From Candidatus Rokubacteria bacterium RIFCSPLOWO2_02_FULL_72_37 (GTDB lineage Bacteria; Methylomirabilota; Methylomirabilia; Rokubacteriales; CSP1-6): a DNA stretch of 32,138 bases. Below, in pieces: positions 31,858 to 32,138 of this stretch. Under the pieces are notes generated by a model, which searched no databases, had not been told where the DNA came from, and saw only the letters and a program-made list of their open reading frames with translations. Position numbers and translations under genes: made by a program. Numbering within the stretch: the first letter of the stretch is position 1; every line of letters starts with the position of its first letter. The stretch spans positions 2,585 through 34,722 of the forward strand of contig MGCE01000030.1 of NCBI GenBank assembly GCA_001790315.1, written 5' to 3'.

Positions 31858-32138
31858 CTACTTCGGCGGGGCGATCCCGTGCGCCTTGATCTTGCGGTAG
31901 AGGTGGCTGCGCTCGATGCCGAGGCGCTCGGCCGTCCGCGTCATGTTCCAGTCGTTCGCGCGGAGCTCGGCGAGGATGTAGGAGCGCTCGAAGTGGTCGC
32001 GCGCCTCCCTGAGCGACCGCGCGCGCGGCTCGGCGTCCTCCGACGGCGCGTCCTTCGGGCGGAGCGGCGCCGGCAGGTCGCGGACGTCGATGACGTCGCC
32101 CGGCGCCATGATCACGAGCCGCTCGAGCATGTTGCGCA
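31858..32138 (-). CDS. Sigma54-dependent NtrC/NtrX-type regulator, C-terminal part (5'-truncated)
   Basis: ...RNMLERLVIM (end of the AAA+ domain), SLREARDHFERSYI and Fis-type HTH NMTRTAERLGIERSHLYRK. Confidence 0.88.
   Translation of the reverse strand, partial: RNMLERLVIMAPGDVIDVRDLPAPLRPKDAPSEDAEPRARSLREARDHFERSYILAELRANDWNMTRTAERLGIERSHLYRKIKAHGIAPPK

Overview
A very GC-rich bacterial chromosomal segment; the gene style suggests Ca. Rokubacteria/Methylomirabilota, but that is inference only. From left to right: (1) A minus-strand yicC-remA(DUF370)-gmk-rpoZ-coaBC operon ends in a family-4 uracil-DNA glycosylase (UDG) that the ORF track missed because it runs off the left edge. This UDG is interrupted by an intein inserted at the SNTVK|C site, which carries a Cys4 zinc finger, a NUMOD3-like motif and a DUF559/Vsr-like nuclease rather than a LAGLIDADG domain. 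(2) A divergent NitT/TauT-type ABC transporter plus a small membrane protein. (3) A REC-5xGAF-PAS histidine kinase, two paralogous single-domain receivers and a stand-alone GspE/PilB ATPase. (4) A pyrR-B-C-carA-(orf88-DMT)-carB-pyrF-pyrE operon with a PyrR-binding loop over the pyrR ribosome-binding site and a 25-bp inverted-repeat structure in front of carB. (5) xth and a carbamate kinase. (6) A YahF/FdrA-YahG-carbamate kinase module, split by an opposite-strand hybrid kinase and containing a 2x58-bp repeat that forms a mini-ORF coupled at both ends. (7) The 3' end of an NtrC/NtrX-type regulator. The most notable signal is the nuclease-bearing intein in the UDG. All calls come from reading motifs by eye; no searches were run.
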